Assembly: GCA_045629745.1 (NCBI GenBank)
Contig: JAZQRU010000004.1
Coordinates: 29,614 to 93,613 of the forward strand
DNA: 64,000 nt
Direction of reading: 5' to 3'
DNA from: Eubacteriales bacterium
GTDB lineage: Bacteria > Bacillota > Clostridia > Oscillospirales > CAG-272
Below the pieces are notes generated by a model, which was not told where the DNA came from, did no database searches, and was given only the letters and a program-made list of their open reading frames with translations. This document shows positions 30,951 through 39,056 of the stretch, in pieces. Position numbers and translations under genes: made by a program. Numbering within the stretch: position 1 is the stretch's first letter; each line of letters begins with the position of its first letter.

Positions 30951-32156
30951 TCAGAGAGCTTTTACAATAGCTTCGGTGTCTCTTGCAATAACGAGCTCTT
31001 CGTTTGTGGGTATCATATATACCGCAACGCGAGAGTCGTCGGCAGAGATTTTAACGGGAGTTCCCGAATGACCGAAGTTGTTTCTTTCCTTGTCAATCTT
31101 GATTCCGAGGAATTCAAGGCCTTCAAGAGCCAGATTTCTGATGTAGGGTGAGTGCTCACCGATACCTGCGGTAAATACTATACCGTCAAGACCGCCCATT
31201 GCAGCGGAATATGCACCGATAAACTTCTTTATCTGATAGCAAACCATAGCGTAAGTAAGCTTTGCTCTTTCACTTCCCTCTGCCATTGCTTTTTCAAGGT
31301 CGCGGGAGTCTGAGCTGATACCGCTTATACCGAGGAAGCCGCACTTCTTGTTAAGATAGCTGTCAACCTCTTTTGCACTCATATTTTTCTTTTCCATAAT
31401 GAAAGGAACGATGGCAGGGTCGATAGCTCCGCACCTTGTACCCATCATAATACCGTCAAGGGGAGTGAATCCCATTGAAGTATCAACGCATTTACCGTCT
31501 TTTACTGCACTGATAGACGAGCCGTTTCCGATGTGGCAGGTAATGATTTTCTTGCCCTCTGCCTCGCCGCCGAGAAGCTTAATCATTTCTTCGCTAACGT
31601 ATCTGTGAGATGTTCCGTGCATACCGTAGCGTCTAATGCCAAGCTCTTCGTACATATCGTAGGAAATTCCGTACATATACGCTTCCTCGGGCATAGTCTG
31701 GTGGAATGCAGTGTCAAGAACGATAACCTGAGGCTTAGTGGGCATTACAGCGGTGCAACCCTTGATACCCATAATGTGCGCAGGGTTATGAAGAGGTGCG
31801 AAAGGAATGCACTTTTCGATAACCTCGATAACCTCGGGTGTTACAAGCATAGATTTTGAGAAATAACGTCCGCCGTGAACAACTCTGTGACCGATTGCTT
31901 CAATCTCGTCAACGGAGCAAATGCATCCGTAGGTTTTATCGAGAAGAGTGTCAACTACGAGCTTCGTAGCCTCGGAATGATCAGGAAGGGGCGTTTCAAC
32001 GGAATATTCTTCCTTACCCTGAGTTTTGTGGGTAAGCTTTGAGCCCTCAATGCCTATACGCTCGCAAAGGCCTTTTGCCAACACGTTACCCGATTCGGTA
32101 TCGAAAAGCTGATACTTAAGCGAGCTTGAGCCGGCATTAACAACTAATACTTTCAT
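30951..32156 (-). CDS. ackA: Acetate kinase
   Basis: 401 aa. 'MKVLVVNAGSSSLKYQLF' is the canonical AckA N-terminus and the protein is full length. Confidence 0.97.
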   Translation of the reverse strand: MKVLVVNAGSSSLKYQLFDTESGNVLAKGLCERIGIEGSKLTHKTQGKEEYSVETPLPDHSEATKLVVDTLLDKTYGCICSVDEIEAIGHRVVHGGRYFSKSMLVTPEVIEVIEKCIPFAPLHNPAHIMGIKGCTAVMPTKPQVIVLDTAFHQTMPEEAYMYGISYDMYEELGIRRYGMHGTSHRYVSEEMIKLLGGEAEGKKIITCHIGNGSSISAVKDGKCVDTSMGFTPLDGIMMGTRCGAIDPAIVPFIMEKKNMSAKEVDSYLNKKCGFLGISGISSDSRDLEKAMAEGSERAKLTYAMVCYQIKKFIGAYSAAMGGLDGIVFTAGIGEHSPYIRNLALEGLEFLGIKIDKERNNFGHSGTPVKISADDSRVAVYMIPTNEELVIARDTEAIVKAL

Positions 32157-32259
32157 TTTTAGTCTCCCTTTAATTTATTGTCCCCTACATTATACACCAT
32201 TATTTCAAATTTAGCAACAGTATTTTAATAAAAATTTGATTTTTTGAGGAGGATTTGTT

Positions 32260-33471
32260 ATGACGGTTGCAATAATCTCAGAATATAATCCTTTTCACTC
32301 GGGACACGAGTATCAAATAAACGCTATTCGAAAAGAGTTTGGAGAAAACACGGAAATTATCGCTGTTATGAGCGGAAACTACACCCAACGCGGCGAGGTA
32401 GCTATTGCGGATAAATACCTTCGCGCAGAATGGGCAGTAAAGTGCGGTGTAAATCTCGTTTTGGAGCTTCCCTTTCCCTACTCTATGTCAAGCGCGGAAA
32501 TCTTTGCCCGCGCTGCCATAAGTATTTTAAAATCCGTAGGGGTTGTTGATGCCATTTCCTTTGGAAGTGAGTCTGGAGATGCGACGGCACTTCAAAAAAT
32601 TGCCGAAAATATGCTTAAGAATGAGTATAAAGAAGCATTTGCTCTCTTAAAAGACTCGAATAAAGCAAAAACTCTCGGATATCCCGCGCTCACAGAAACC
32701 GCATATAAAAAGGCTTTCGGAGAAGACTCAGCGATTATAAAAGAGCCGAATAATATCCTTGCAATAGAATATATAAAGGCTATAAGTGAGCTTTCGGCAA
32801 ATCTAAAAATACACACGGTAAAACGACTTGGCGCAGGATATTTATCAAAGACGATAACCGGTGACTCTCACCAGAGCGCTATGTCAATAAGAGAGGCTCT
32901 CTTAAAGGGAGATGCCTCTTATATAAAAAATCTTCCCGAGGCAATGCGTGAAAGTTTTGAAGCTAGACTTTCCGAAAAGGAATTTCCGACAGACGAAAAC
33001 AAGCTTTCCGCAGCACTCATTTCTCACTTCAGATTAAACACGCGCGACGACGACAAGATAATTTTTGACGCAAGCGGCGGTTTATATAATCGTCTTAAAA
33101 ACGCAAGTATTGAGGCGGCAGATTTGAAATCTCTTATTTCAAATACGGAGACAAAAAAATTCACTAATGCAAGAATCAAAAGAGCAGTCCTCTATTCCTT
33201 CTTTGGCGTTACCTCCTCCGATGTTAAGGTTTTGCCGGGCTTCTCACAGGTTCTCGCCTTTGACAAAAAAGGACAGGCATTATTGAAATCCATAAAAACA
33301 AAAGGTGATTTCCCTCTTATCACCAAGCCTTCGGCTACCAAAGCGCTTTCCGAAGCGGCTATGAAGCAAAAGCGCCTATCTGAAAGGGCAGATTCAGTTT
33401 TTCAGTTGACAAAACCGAAATCGGTTTCTGGGGCAGACGCACTTCGCCGCACACCGTTTGTAAAAAAATAG
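32260..33471 (+). CDS. tmcAL: tRNA(Met) cytidine acetate ligase (TmcAL / YlbM, UPF0348 nucleotidyltransferase)
   Basis: 403 aa with the N-terminal 'IISEYNPFHSGHEYQI' (HxGH nucleotidyltransferase motif) and an overall YlbM-like layout. Confidence 0.8.
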   Translation: MTVAIISEYNPFHSGHEYQINAIRKEFGENTEIIAVMSGNYTQRGEVAIADKYLRAEWAVKCGVNLVLELPFPYSMSSAEIFARAAISILKSVGVVDAISFGSESGDATALQKIAENMLKNEYKEAFALLKDSNKAKTLGYPALTETAYKKAFGEDSAIIKEPNNILAIEYIKAISELSANLKIHTVKRLGAGYLSKTITGDSHQSAMSIREALLKGDASYIKNLPEAMRESFEARLSEKEFPTDENKLSAALISHFRLNTRDDDKIIFDASGGLYNRLKNASIEAADLKSLISNTETKKFTNARIKRAVLYSFFGVTSSDVKVLPGFSQVLAFDKKGQALLKSIKTKGDFPLITKPSATKALSEAAMKQKRLSERADSVFQLTKPKSVSGADALRRTPFVKK

Positions 33472-33599
33472 CAATTACTGCGATTTCTTAGCTTTGCCTC
33501 TTTTTGTCGAAGCTATTTACAGACAGATTTTTATTTGCTATCATAAAAACGGTTCGGGACAACTTAGCCGTACGGCCAAATTTTAGAAAGGAGATAAAA

Positions 33600-33893
33600 A
33601 TGTTAAACGCAACAGGTGTTAACAAAGATGAATTCCTTGAATACAAAGGAAGACCCCTTGTTCGTCAGGGCGATGATATTTACTACGGCGATTTGTCAGC
33701 AGATAATCACGTCTATATGATGATAATGGATGATAAGGATGTAAAGGGAGTTAAAGTACCTACAATGGTAATGGTACAGCTCCGCGAAAAAGGTTCTGTA
33801 ATTCCTAAGAAGCAGAATATTTGCGCAGGCGGTCTTACCGACGCGCTTGAAATCGCAGCTGCTTGGCTTGAAATTGCAGACACAGAAAACTAA
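33600..33893 (+). CDS. Hypothetical small soluble protein (97 aa)
   Basis: The ATG at 33600 follows aaaggag. No family is recognised. The track start at 33504 adds an unlikely leader. Confidence 0.5.
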   Translation: MLNATGVNKDEFLEYKGRPLVRQGDDIYYGDLSADNHVYMMIMDDKDVKGVKVPTMVMVQLREKGSVIPKKQNICAGGLTDALEIAAAWLEIADTEN

Positions 33894-33938
33894 TTAGGCG
33901 TGCGTTATCTTGTGATAACGCAAGGAGGTAACCAAAAA

Positions 33939-35243
33939 ATGAAGTCGTCTAACAGTAGCGGTCTTCATAAATTTCTATCCGTCGTACTGATAGCAGTCTT
34001 GCTCGTTTTCGTAGTAGGCTTTGCATCAAACGGATGGCAGGAAGACCAAGGTGAACCGGATAACGGAGAAGACGGTGGCAAAACCGACAATACCGATGAA
34101 AATACAGACGGAACCAATGAAGAAAATAATGAAAACAAAGACAATACTAATGACGGCAACACGGGAGAAGACAAAAAAGAGCCGCCCCTTGAAGACGGCA
34201 AGCAAGATACGGATGGCGATAACGAAGGCGTAACGCCGCCCGAAGACGAAAACGGCGAAAACGACAAGGAAAACGAAGAAAACAACAAAGAAGACGAAGA
34301 AAACAAAGAAGAAAATAAGGAAGAAGCTCCGCCCGAAGAGGTAATTCCTCCGCCACCTGTTTACATAAACGTTATGACAGGGCTTGAGGTTACAAATGAG
34401 CAACAAAAACGCGTTCCTCTCGGATTTGTTTTCGACCCGTTAGCACCGCTTTACGGAATATCGTCGTCGGAGCTTGCAATAGAATTTCCGATAGAAGACG
34501 GAACAACAAGATTGCTCTCGTACACAACCGATGATTCAGCACTCTGGAAAATCGGTTCGCTTGTGGAAACGAGAGCTTTTATTTCCGCAATGTCCCACTT
34601 TTTTGGCGGTATTGTGATTTCATACGGCAATGATGACGTAATTCCCTACGATATTTTTGATACCTCAGAGCTTGAATTTGATTTAAGCAAAAATAAAGGC
34701 TCATATCAAAAGGAGAATGCAAAATACGTATACACGAGCTATGAAAAGCTTATCTCATTCTTAGACACCGCAAAGGGTACGTACGGCGAGGCATATAAAA
34801 ACGCTCCGTTTGATTTCGTAAGCGAAGGCGAAGTTACCGGAGTGTCAGACGCAACAACGGTGTTTCTTCCGTACTCCGAAAAATCGGAAACCACCCTCTA
34901 TTATTCCGAAAAAACAGGTAAATATCTTTTATATAAAGACGGTAACAGAAAGGTTGATATGCTTTCCGGTCACAACGTTTCGTTTGATAACGTTTTCGTT
35001 CTTTTTGCAGATGCAACAACCTATGAAAAAGCAAGCGGCACAGAGCTTGTAATGGACGTTATGAACGGCGGCAGAGGCTATTACGTAACTAAAGGTACAC
35101 TAACCGAATTTACCTGGGCACTAAATGAACTCGGTGAGCTTAATTTCTATTCACTATCAGGCGAGCGCCTTACCGTAAACTGCGGAAACAGCTACGTTGC
35201 TTTTTACAAAGCATCGGAAGCTACAGATGTAAAAATCAGTTAA
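33939..35243 (+). CDS. DUF3048-domain protein (YerB-like) with signal-anchor and acidic low-complexity linker
   Basis: The ATG at 33939 follows GGAGG. There is an N-terminal TM segment 'FLSVVLIAVLLVFVVGF' and a D/E/N/G-rich linker of about 110 aa. After the linker come 'MTGLEVTNEQQKRVPLGFVFDP...EDGTTRLLSY', which resemble DUF3048 core motifs. Confidence 0.6.
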   Translation: MKSSNSSGLHKFLSVVLIAVLLVFVVGFASNGWQEDQGEPDNGEDGGKTDNTDENTDGTNEENNENKDNTNDGNTGEDKKEPPLEDGKQDTDGDNEGVTPPEDENGENDKENEENNKEDEENKEENKEEAPPEEVIPPPPVYINVMTGLEVTNEQQKRVPLGFVFDPLAPLYGISSSELAIEFPIEDGTTRLLSYTTDDSALWKIGSLVETRAFISAMSHFFGGIVISYGNDDVIPYDIFDTSELEFDLSKNKGSYQKENAKYVYTSYEKLISFLDTAKGTYGEAYKNAPFDFVSEGEVTGVSDATTVFLPYSEKSETTLYYSEKTGKYLLYKDGNRKVDMLSGHNVSFDNVFVLFADATTYEKASGTELVMDVMNGGRGYYVTKGTLTEFTWALNELGELNFYSLSGERLTVNCGNSYVAFYKASEATDVKIS

Positions 35244-35270
35244 AAAAAGAGGCATACGCCTCTTTTTTTT
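35242..35270. terminator. Bidirectional terminator (DUF3048 gene / spoVT)
   Basis: aaaaaaagaggc-atac-gcctctttttttt: a 7-bp GC-containing stem flanked by an A-run and a T-run. The T-run overlaps the spoVT stop codon. Confidence 0.7.
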
Positions 35271-35820
35271 ACCCTTCCATCTGCTTTCCGAGGAATATCC
35301 CTGCGGTCTGTATAAGCTTAGATTCTATATTTTGATTAAGCTTCTCGCCCTCGGGCACGTCGTATTGCCAGGCGGAAACCACCGAGCCTATAAGGTCGCC
35401 CTCGGAAATTATGGGCATAGCACAGCTAACGTAATGCGAGCCATCGTCGGTTAAGGGTATCGTTTCCTTTCCTGCTTCTCTTATATATAAGCTTCTTGAT
35501 TCAATAATTTCTTCCAAGGAACGAGATATTTTTCTATCTGAATATTCTCTCTTAGAAGCGCCCGAAACACAAATTATAGCATCTCTGTCGCAAACGAAAA
35601 TCGGCATTCCCGATGTTTTTTGCAAGGTTTCAGCGTATTCTGACGCAAATGCGTGAAGCTCGCCTATTGGAGAATACTTTTTGAATATCACTTCCCCATC
35701 TCTGTCTGTATATATCTCAAGAGGGTCGCCCTCGCGAATACGCATAGTTCGTCTTATTTCTTTGGGTATGACGACTCTGCCAAGGTCGTCAATTCTTCTT
35801 ACAATTCCCGTAGCTTTCAT
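35269..35820 (-). CDS. spoVT: Stage V sporulation protein T (AbrB-family regulator)
   Basis: 183 aa with the SpoVT/AbrB swapped-hairpin N-domain 'MKATGIVRRIDDLGRVVIPKEIRRTMRIREGDPLEI' and a GAF-like C-domain. Confidence 0.9.
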   Translation of the reverse strand: MKATGIVRRIDDLGRVVIPKEIRRTMRIREGDPLEIYTDRDGEVIFKKYSPIGELHAFASEYAETLQKTSGMPIFVCDRDAIICVSGASKREYSDRKISRSLEEIIESRSLYIREAGKETIPLTDDGSHYVSCAMPIISEGDLIGSVVSAWQYDVPEGEKLNQNIESKLIQTAGIFLGKQMEG

Positions 35821-35913
35821 ATATAATAAAATCTCCTTATTTTACAAGATTTGTGCAATGTTAGTATCTGTAAAACAAGGAGATTTATACATAATTATTG
35901 TTATCGAAGAAAA

Positions 35914-36957
35914 TTATCTGCGAATTTCGGGCGAGCCGTTCGAACGCATAAAATTTTCAATTTCCTCACACGAGAAAAGCGATGCGTCGCCGTAAATCGT
36001 ATGCTTCAGCACTGATGTATTAAGTCCGTAGTGTACTGCATATTCGGGATTTTCAAAATCCGTGAGCAAGCCGTGAATAACACCCGATGCAAAGGCGTCA
36101 CCGCCGCCTACTCTATCAAAAATATTAAAGCGAATGGGGTTTGTCATATGGAATTTTTCCGCCCTGTCCTTTATAGAAAAGAAGAAGCCCGAAAGTGAGT
36201 TTTCGGTTGCCGAGTGTACTGTTCTTTCCGTTCCGAAAACGTATTTAATGCCATATTTTTTCAAAAGCCGCGGAAGAACGTCGAGGCATTTATCCATAGC
36301 AGAGGAATCCTCGGCGGATTTAATTTGAGGAATTCCGAGCATTGTCACCGCATCCCACCAGCTTGCAAAAAGAATATCAACGTAAGGCATAAATTTTTTA
36401 TACACAGGGCGCGCCTCATCAATAGTCCAGAGCTTGCGTCTAAAATTAAAATCGAAGCTAATCTTCGCACCGTGCTTTTTCGCCTCCTCCGCGGCTCTAA
36501 AAGCCGCTTCTCTCACTCTTCTGCCGAGCGCAAGAGTTATTCCGCTGATATGAAACCAGGTTGCGCCATCAAATACCGCATCCCAATCAACCTCGTCAAG
36601 CTCAAGTCGGGTTATCGCAGAGTGCTTTCTGTTATATATTACCTGCGAAGGTCTGCCGCCGAAACCCGTTTCAAGAAAATATATTCCTATAGTCGTTGAG
36701 CCTCTGACAATATAATCGGTATTTACGCCGTTTGCGCGTAGGTGGCTTATCGCTCCGTCACCGAGCTGATTCGGAGGAAGCTTTGTTAAAAACGCGGTTT
36801 TATGTCCCATTCTGGCAAGAGCTACCGCAACGTTTGCCTCTCCGCCGCCGTAGTTAACGAGAAATGAACGACTTTGGTTAATCGTAGAATAGTCGGGAGT
36901 TGAAAGGCGCATCATTATTTCGCCGAAAGTAACTATTTTTTCTTGGTTAGCTCTCAT
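35914..36957 (-). CDS. PfkB-family sugar kinase, 2-dehydro-3-deoxygluconokinase-like
   Basis: 'IVTFGEIMMRLS' N-terminus and the 'DRVGGGDAFASGV' ATP-binding motif. The ATG at 36957 follows gagagg. The track start at 36966 is a GTG. Confidence 0.8.
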   Translation of the reverse strand: MRANQEKIVTFGEIMMRLSTPDYSTINQSRSFLVNYGGGEANVAVALARMGHKTAFLTKLPPNQLGDGAISHLRANGVNTDYIVRGSTTIGIYFLETGFGGRPSQVIYNRKHSAITRLELDEVDWDAVFDGATWFHISGITLALGRRVREAAFRAAEEAKKHGAKISFDFNFRRKLWTIDEARPVYKKFMPYVDILFASWWDAVTMLGIPQIKSAEDSSAMDKCLDVLPRLLKKYGIKYVFGTERTVHSATENSLSGFFFSIKDRAEKFHMTNPIRFNIFDRVGGGDAFASGVIHGLLTDFENPEYAVHYGLNTSVLKHTIYGDASLFSCEEIENFMRSNGSPEIRR

Positions 36958-36990
36958 ACAGAACACCTCTCTAAATATATCTTTTTTTAC

Positions 36991-37020
36991 AGTATATCAT
37001 TTTTTCTGTGTGAATGTCAA
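36991..37020 (-). promoter_or_regulatory. Putative sigma-A promoter (extended -10) of the sugar kinase gene
   Basis: On the minus strand: TTGACA (37020-37015), an 18-nt spacer ending in TGa, then TATACT (36996-36991). Confidence 0.4.
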
Positions 37021-37127
37021 GGGAGATTTCATTTCTACTATCCTTAAAATGATTGACTTTTAAGTGCACGTACGTTAAATGAATTATATTCTGATTTTAA
37101 ACGGAACAAACAAAGAAATATTACTTT

Positions 37128-37175
37128 AAAGAGGCTAGCTCAAATGCATCGAAATGTGTTTGAGCTAGCCTCTTT
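37128..37175 (-). terminator. Long hairpin terminator at the 3' end of the PHP phosphatase gene
   Basis: A perfect 17-bp inverted repeat aaagaggctagctcaaa (37128-37144) / tttgagctagcctcttt (37159-37175). The distal arm includes the stop codon of the CDS at 37165. Confidence 0.55.
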
Positions 37176-37851
37176 TCCATATCTCTTGTGATTTTAAGCT
37201 TACATCCTCGGCATAATTTCCTATTTTGAAAACAGCCTTAAGAAATTTCTTGTAAATTCTTTTATCTACACCGTGTATATCACTGCCGATGCCAACGACA
37301 AGTCCGCGCTCAAACCAATTCAAAAAATCCTTTCTCCTGAATGGCGAAGCCAAAGTGTCTGCGTTTAATTGAATTTTTACGCCAAATTCCAAAAGCGCTT
37401 CAATTTTTGCTCGGGGGTATCTGTCTGCGTGCGCCAAAATTACCTCAAAGCCGTTTTCCGAGAGGCGCTTTACCGTGTGAATCATACCGTGAGAGAGCTG
37501 TGTAAACGGCAATTCAAGAAGCAAAAAGTTTGTACCGGAAATACAAAGCTTTTCTATCGCCTCAAGCTTGTGGAGTCCTTCGCATAAAAGAACCTCCGCG
37601 CCAAGCTTAATCTCGGGCGAGTCTATTCCCGCATCTATAATTTTTGAATACGCAGTGCTTCTCTTCTCAAGAAAAGAAGATACGGTATGTTGGTGCGGAT
37701 AAAAATGCGAAGTAGCGAAAATTTTGGTAATACCGTGCTCTTTTGCAAGCTTCAATTGCAAAAGAGTTGTATCTAAGGAATCACTACCGTGGTCGACAGA
37801 GGGCAAAATATGAGTATGAAAATCAACGAAATCAATAAGCTTTTTTTTCAT
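37165..37851 (-). CDS. PHP-family protein-tyrosine phosphatase (CpsB/YwqE-like)
   Basis: 228 aa with the metal-binding N-terminus 'FVDFHTHILPSVDHGSD' typical of CpsB/YwqE. Confidence 0.8.
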   Translation of the reverse strand: MKKKLIDFVDFHTHILPSVDHGSDSLDTTLLQLKLAKEHGITKIFATSHFYPHQHTVSSFLEKRSTAYSKIIDAGIDSPEIKLGAEVLLCEGLHKLEAIEKLCISGTNFLLLELPFTQLSHGMIHTVKRLSENGFEVILAHADRYPRAKIEALLEFGVKIQLNADTLASPFRRKDFLNWFERGLVVGIGSDIHGVDKRIYKKFLKAVFKIGNYAEDVSLKSQEIWKRG

Positions 37852-37896
37852 ATAAAATCCCCCTTTTTTTCATTATATATTAAATTATTTAGCTTG

Positions 37897-38754
37897 TCAA
37901 GCCTTATCAAGCAAGTCGGAGAGATTAACGAAATCCTTGCAGCTGAGTCTTTCTCCCCTGACGTTTGCGTCGTGTCCAAGCTTTGTCAAGGCATCGACAA
38001 GCACGTCTTTTTTTAGATGAGGAAGCTTTGCGCTAATAGCATTTTGCAAGGTTTTTCTTCTCATTTCAAAGCCTGCTTTTATCAGGTCTCGGAAGAGCTT
38101 TTCATTTTTAGGCTTGAATTTAGGCTCGTCATACAAATCAATTCGCACGACCGCACTATCAACCTTAGGCATAGGAATAAAGCACCCCTTTGAAACCTTG
38201 AAAAGACGTCTTGCCTCTCCGTAAAAGCCAAGCACTGCGGTAATAGCTCCGTAATCAGAGCTTCCTGGCTTTGCAACAAGGCGAGAAGCAACCTCGTTTT
38301 GAACCATAACAGTTATGGAGCTGAATTTAATTCCCGACTCAAGAAGCATCATAAGTATCGGTGTCGTTATATAGTATGGAAGATTTGCGCAAACCGCAAC
38401 CGGTAACCCTAATGAATACTCGTCAATTATTCTCTTTAGGTCGCATTTCATAACGTCTTCGTTTATTACGGTAACGTTATCAAAATCCGCAAGAGTTTTT
38501 TGGAGCACGGGAATCAAGCCCTTGTCAATTTCAATTGCAACCACGCGGCGATATCTCATAGCAAGCTCTTGCGTAAGCGTTCCTATGCCGGGACCGATTT
38601 CGATAATCAGGGACTCCGCACTGTTTGCCGCGTTATCCGCGATATCCTCGGGTATTATTCTGTTAGTTAAAAAGTTCTGCCCGAACTCTTTTCTGAAATT
38701 TATTCCCGCATCCGCCATTAAGCCCTTGATAACGGATAGATTACATAAATCCAT
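37897..38754 (-). CDS. rsmA: 16S rRNA (adenine1518/1519-N6)-dimethyltransferase RsmA/KsgA
   Basis: SAM motif 'IIEIGPGIGTLTQEL' and 'ANLPYYITTP'. The ATG at 38754 follows GGAGG. Confidence 0.93.
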   Translation of the reverse strand: MDLCNLSVIKGLMADAGINFRKEFGQNFLTNRIIPEDIADNAANSAESLIIEIGPGIGTLTQELAMRYRRVVAIEIDKGLIPVLQKTLADFDNVTVINEDVMKCDLKRIIDEYSLGLPVAVCANLPYYITTPILMMLLESGIKFSSITVMVQNEVASRLVAKPGSSDYGAITAVLGFYGEARRLFKVSKGCFIPMPKVDSAVVRIDLYDEPKFKPKNEKLFRDLIKAGFEMRRKTLQNAISAKLPHLKKDVLVDALTKLGHDANVRGERLSCKDFVNLSDLLDKA

Positions 38755-38816
38755 AATACCTCCAAAAAACAACAAAAGGCTTGTCGATTTAAATTCAAAG
38801 AATTAAAATCATAAAA

Positions 38817-38847
38817 ATAAAAATCCCACACTGTTGTGCGGGATTTT
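38817..38847 (-). terminator. Terminator downstream of tRNA-Thr
   Basis: Read on the minus strand: aaaaatcccgcacaacagtgtgggattttt, a hairpin followed by a T-run. Confidence 0.55.
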
Positions 38848-38923
38848 TGGAGCTGGTGACCGGACTTGAACCGGTGACCTGTTGATTACGAATCAACTGC
38901 TCTACCAACTGAGCCACACCAGC
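38848..38923 (-). tRNA. tRNA-Thr (anticodon CGT), CCA encoded
   Basis: The reverse complement GCTGGTGTGGCTCAGTTGGTAGAGCAGTTGATTCGTAATCAACAGGTCACCGGTTCAAGTCCGGTCACCAGCTCCA folds as a cloverleaf. It has a 7-bp acceptor stem, the anticodon loop TTCGTAA and the T-loop TTCAAGT. Confidence 0.95.
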
Positions 38924-38934
38924 AACTAGGCTAT

Positions 38935-38963
38935 ATTTTAACATTATTTCTTCTGTTTGTCAA
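38935..38963 (-). promoter_or_regulatory. Putative sigma-A promoter of tRNA-Thr
   Basis: On the minus strand: TTGACA (38963-38958), a 17-nt spacer, then TAAAAT (38940-38935). The tRNA 5' end lies 11 nt downstream of the -10 element. Confidence 0.5.
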
Positions 38964-39003
38964 GAGCATTATAGAAAATTTATATCAATTTATATTAAAA
39001 TTT

Positions 39004-39025
39004 GAAATGCCGCAAGCGGCAAAGA
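39004..39025 (-). terminator. Small hairpin plus T-run downstream of the P-type ATPase gene
   Basis: On the minus strand: tgccgcttgcggca followed by tttcaaatttt. Confidence 0.4.
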
Positions 39026-39056
39026 TTTCTTTTCTTAAAACCGATTGCGGCAAATT

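Noticed and set aside
33965-34406. Cluster of overlapping ORFs on both strands in the GA-rich stretch of the DUF3048 gene; it could be mistaken for nested genes or a tandem repeat locus.
   Set aside because: They are a product of low-complexity purine-rich coding DNA for the acidic linker. There is no exact tandem unit, and the frames translate to poly-S/F/V or poly-R/C strings.
36214-36699. 161-aa plus-strand ORF inside the sugar kinase gene. Similar shadows occur at 2168-2836, 45148-45633, 52173-52595 and 53387-53767.
   Set aside because: All of them run antisense to genes with clear family motifs, and none has a start context or domain signature.
37128-37144. Shared 'AAAGAGGCTAGC' between the hairpins at 37128 and at 59665, a possible repeat family.
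   Set aside because: Only about 12 nt are shared, which is expected by chance many times in 64 kb on both strands. The flanks and stems are otherwise unrelated.
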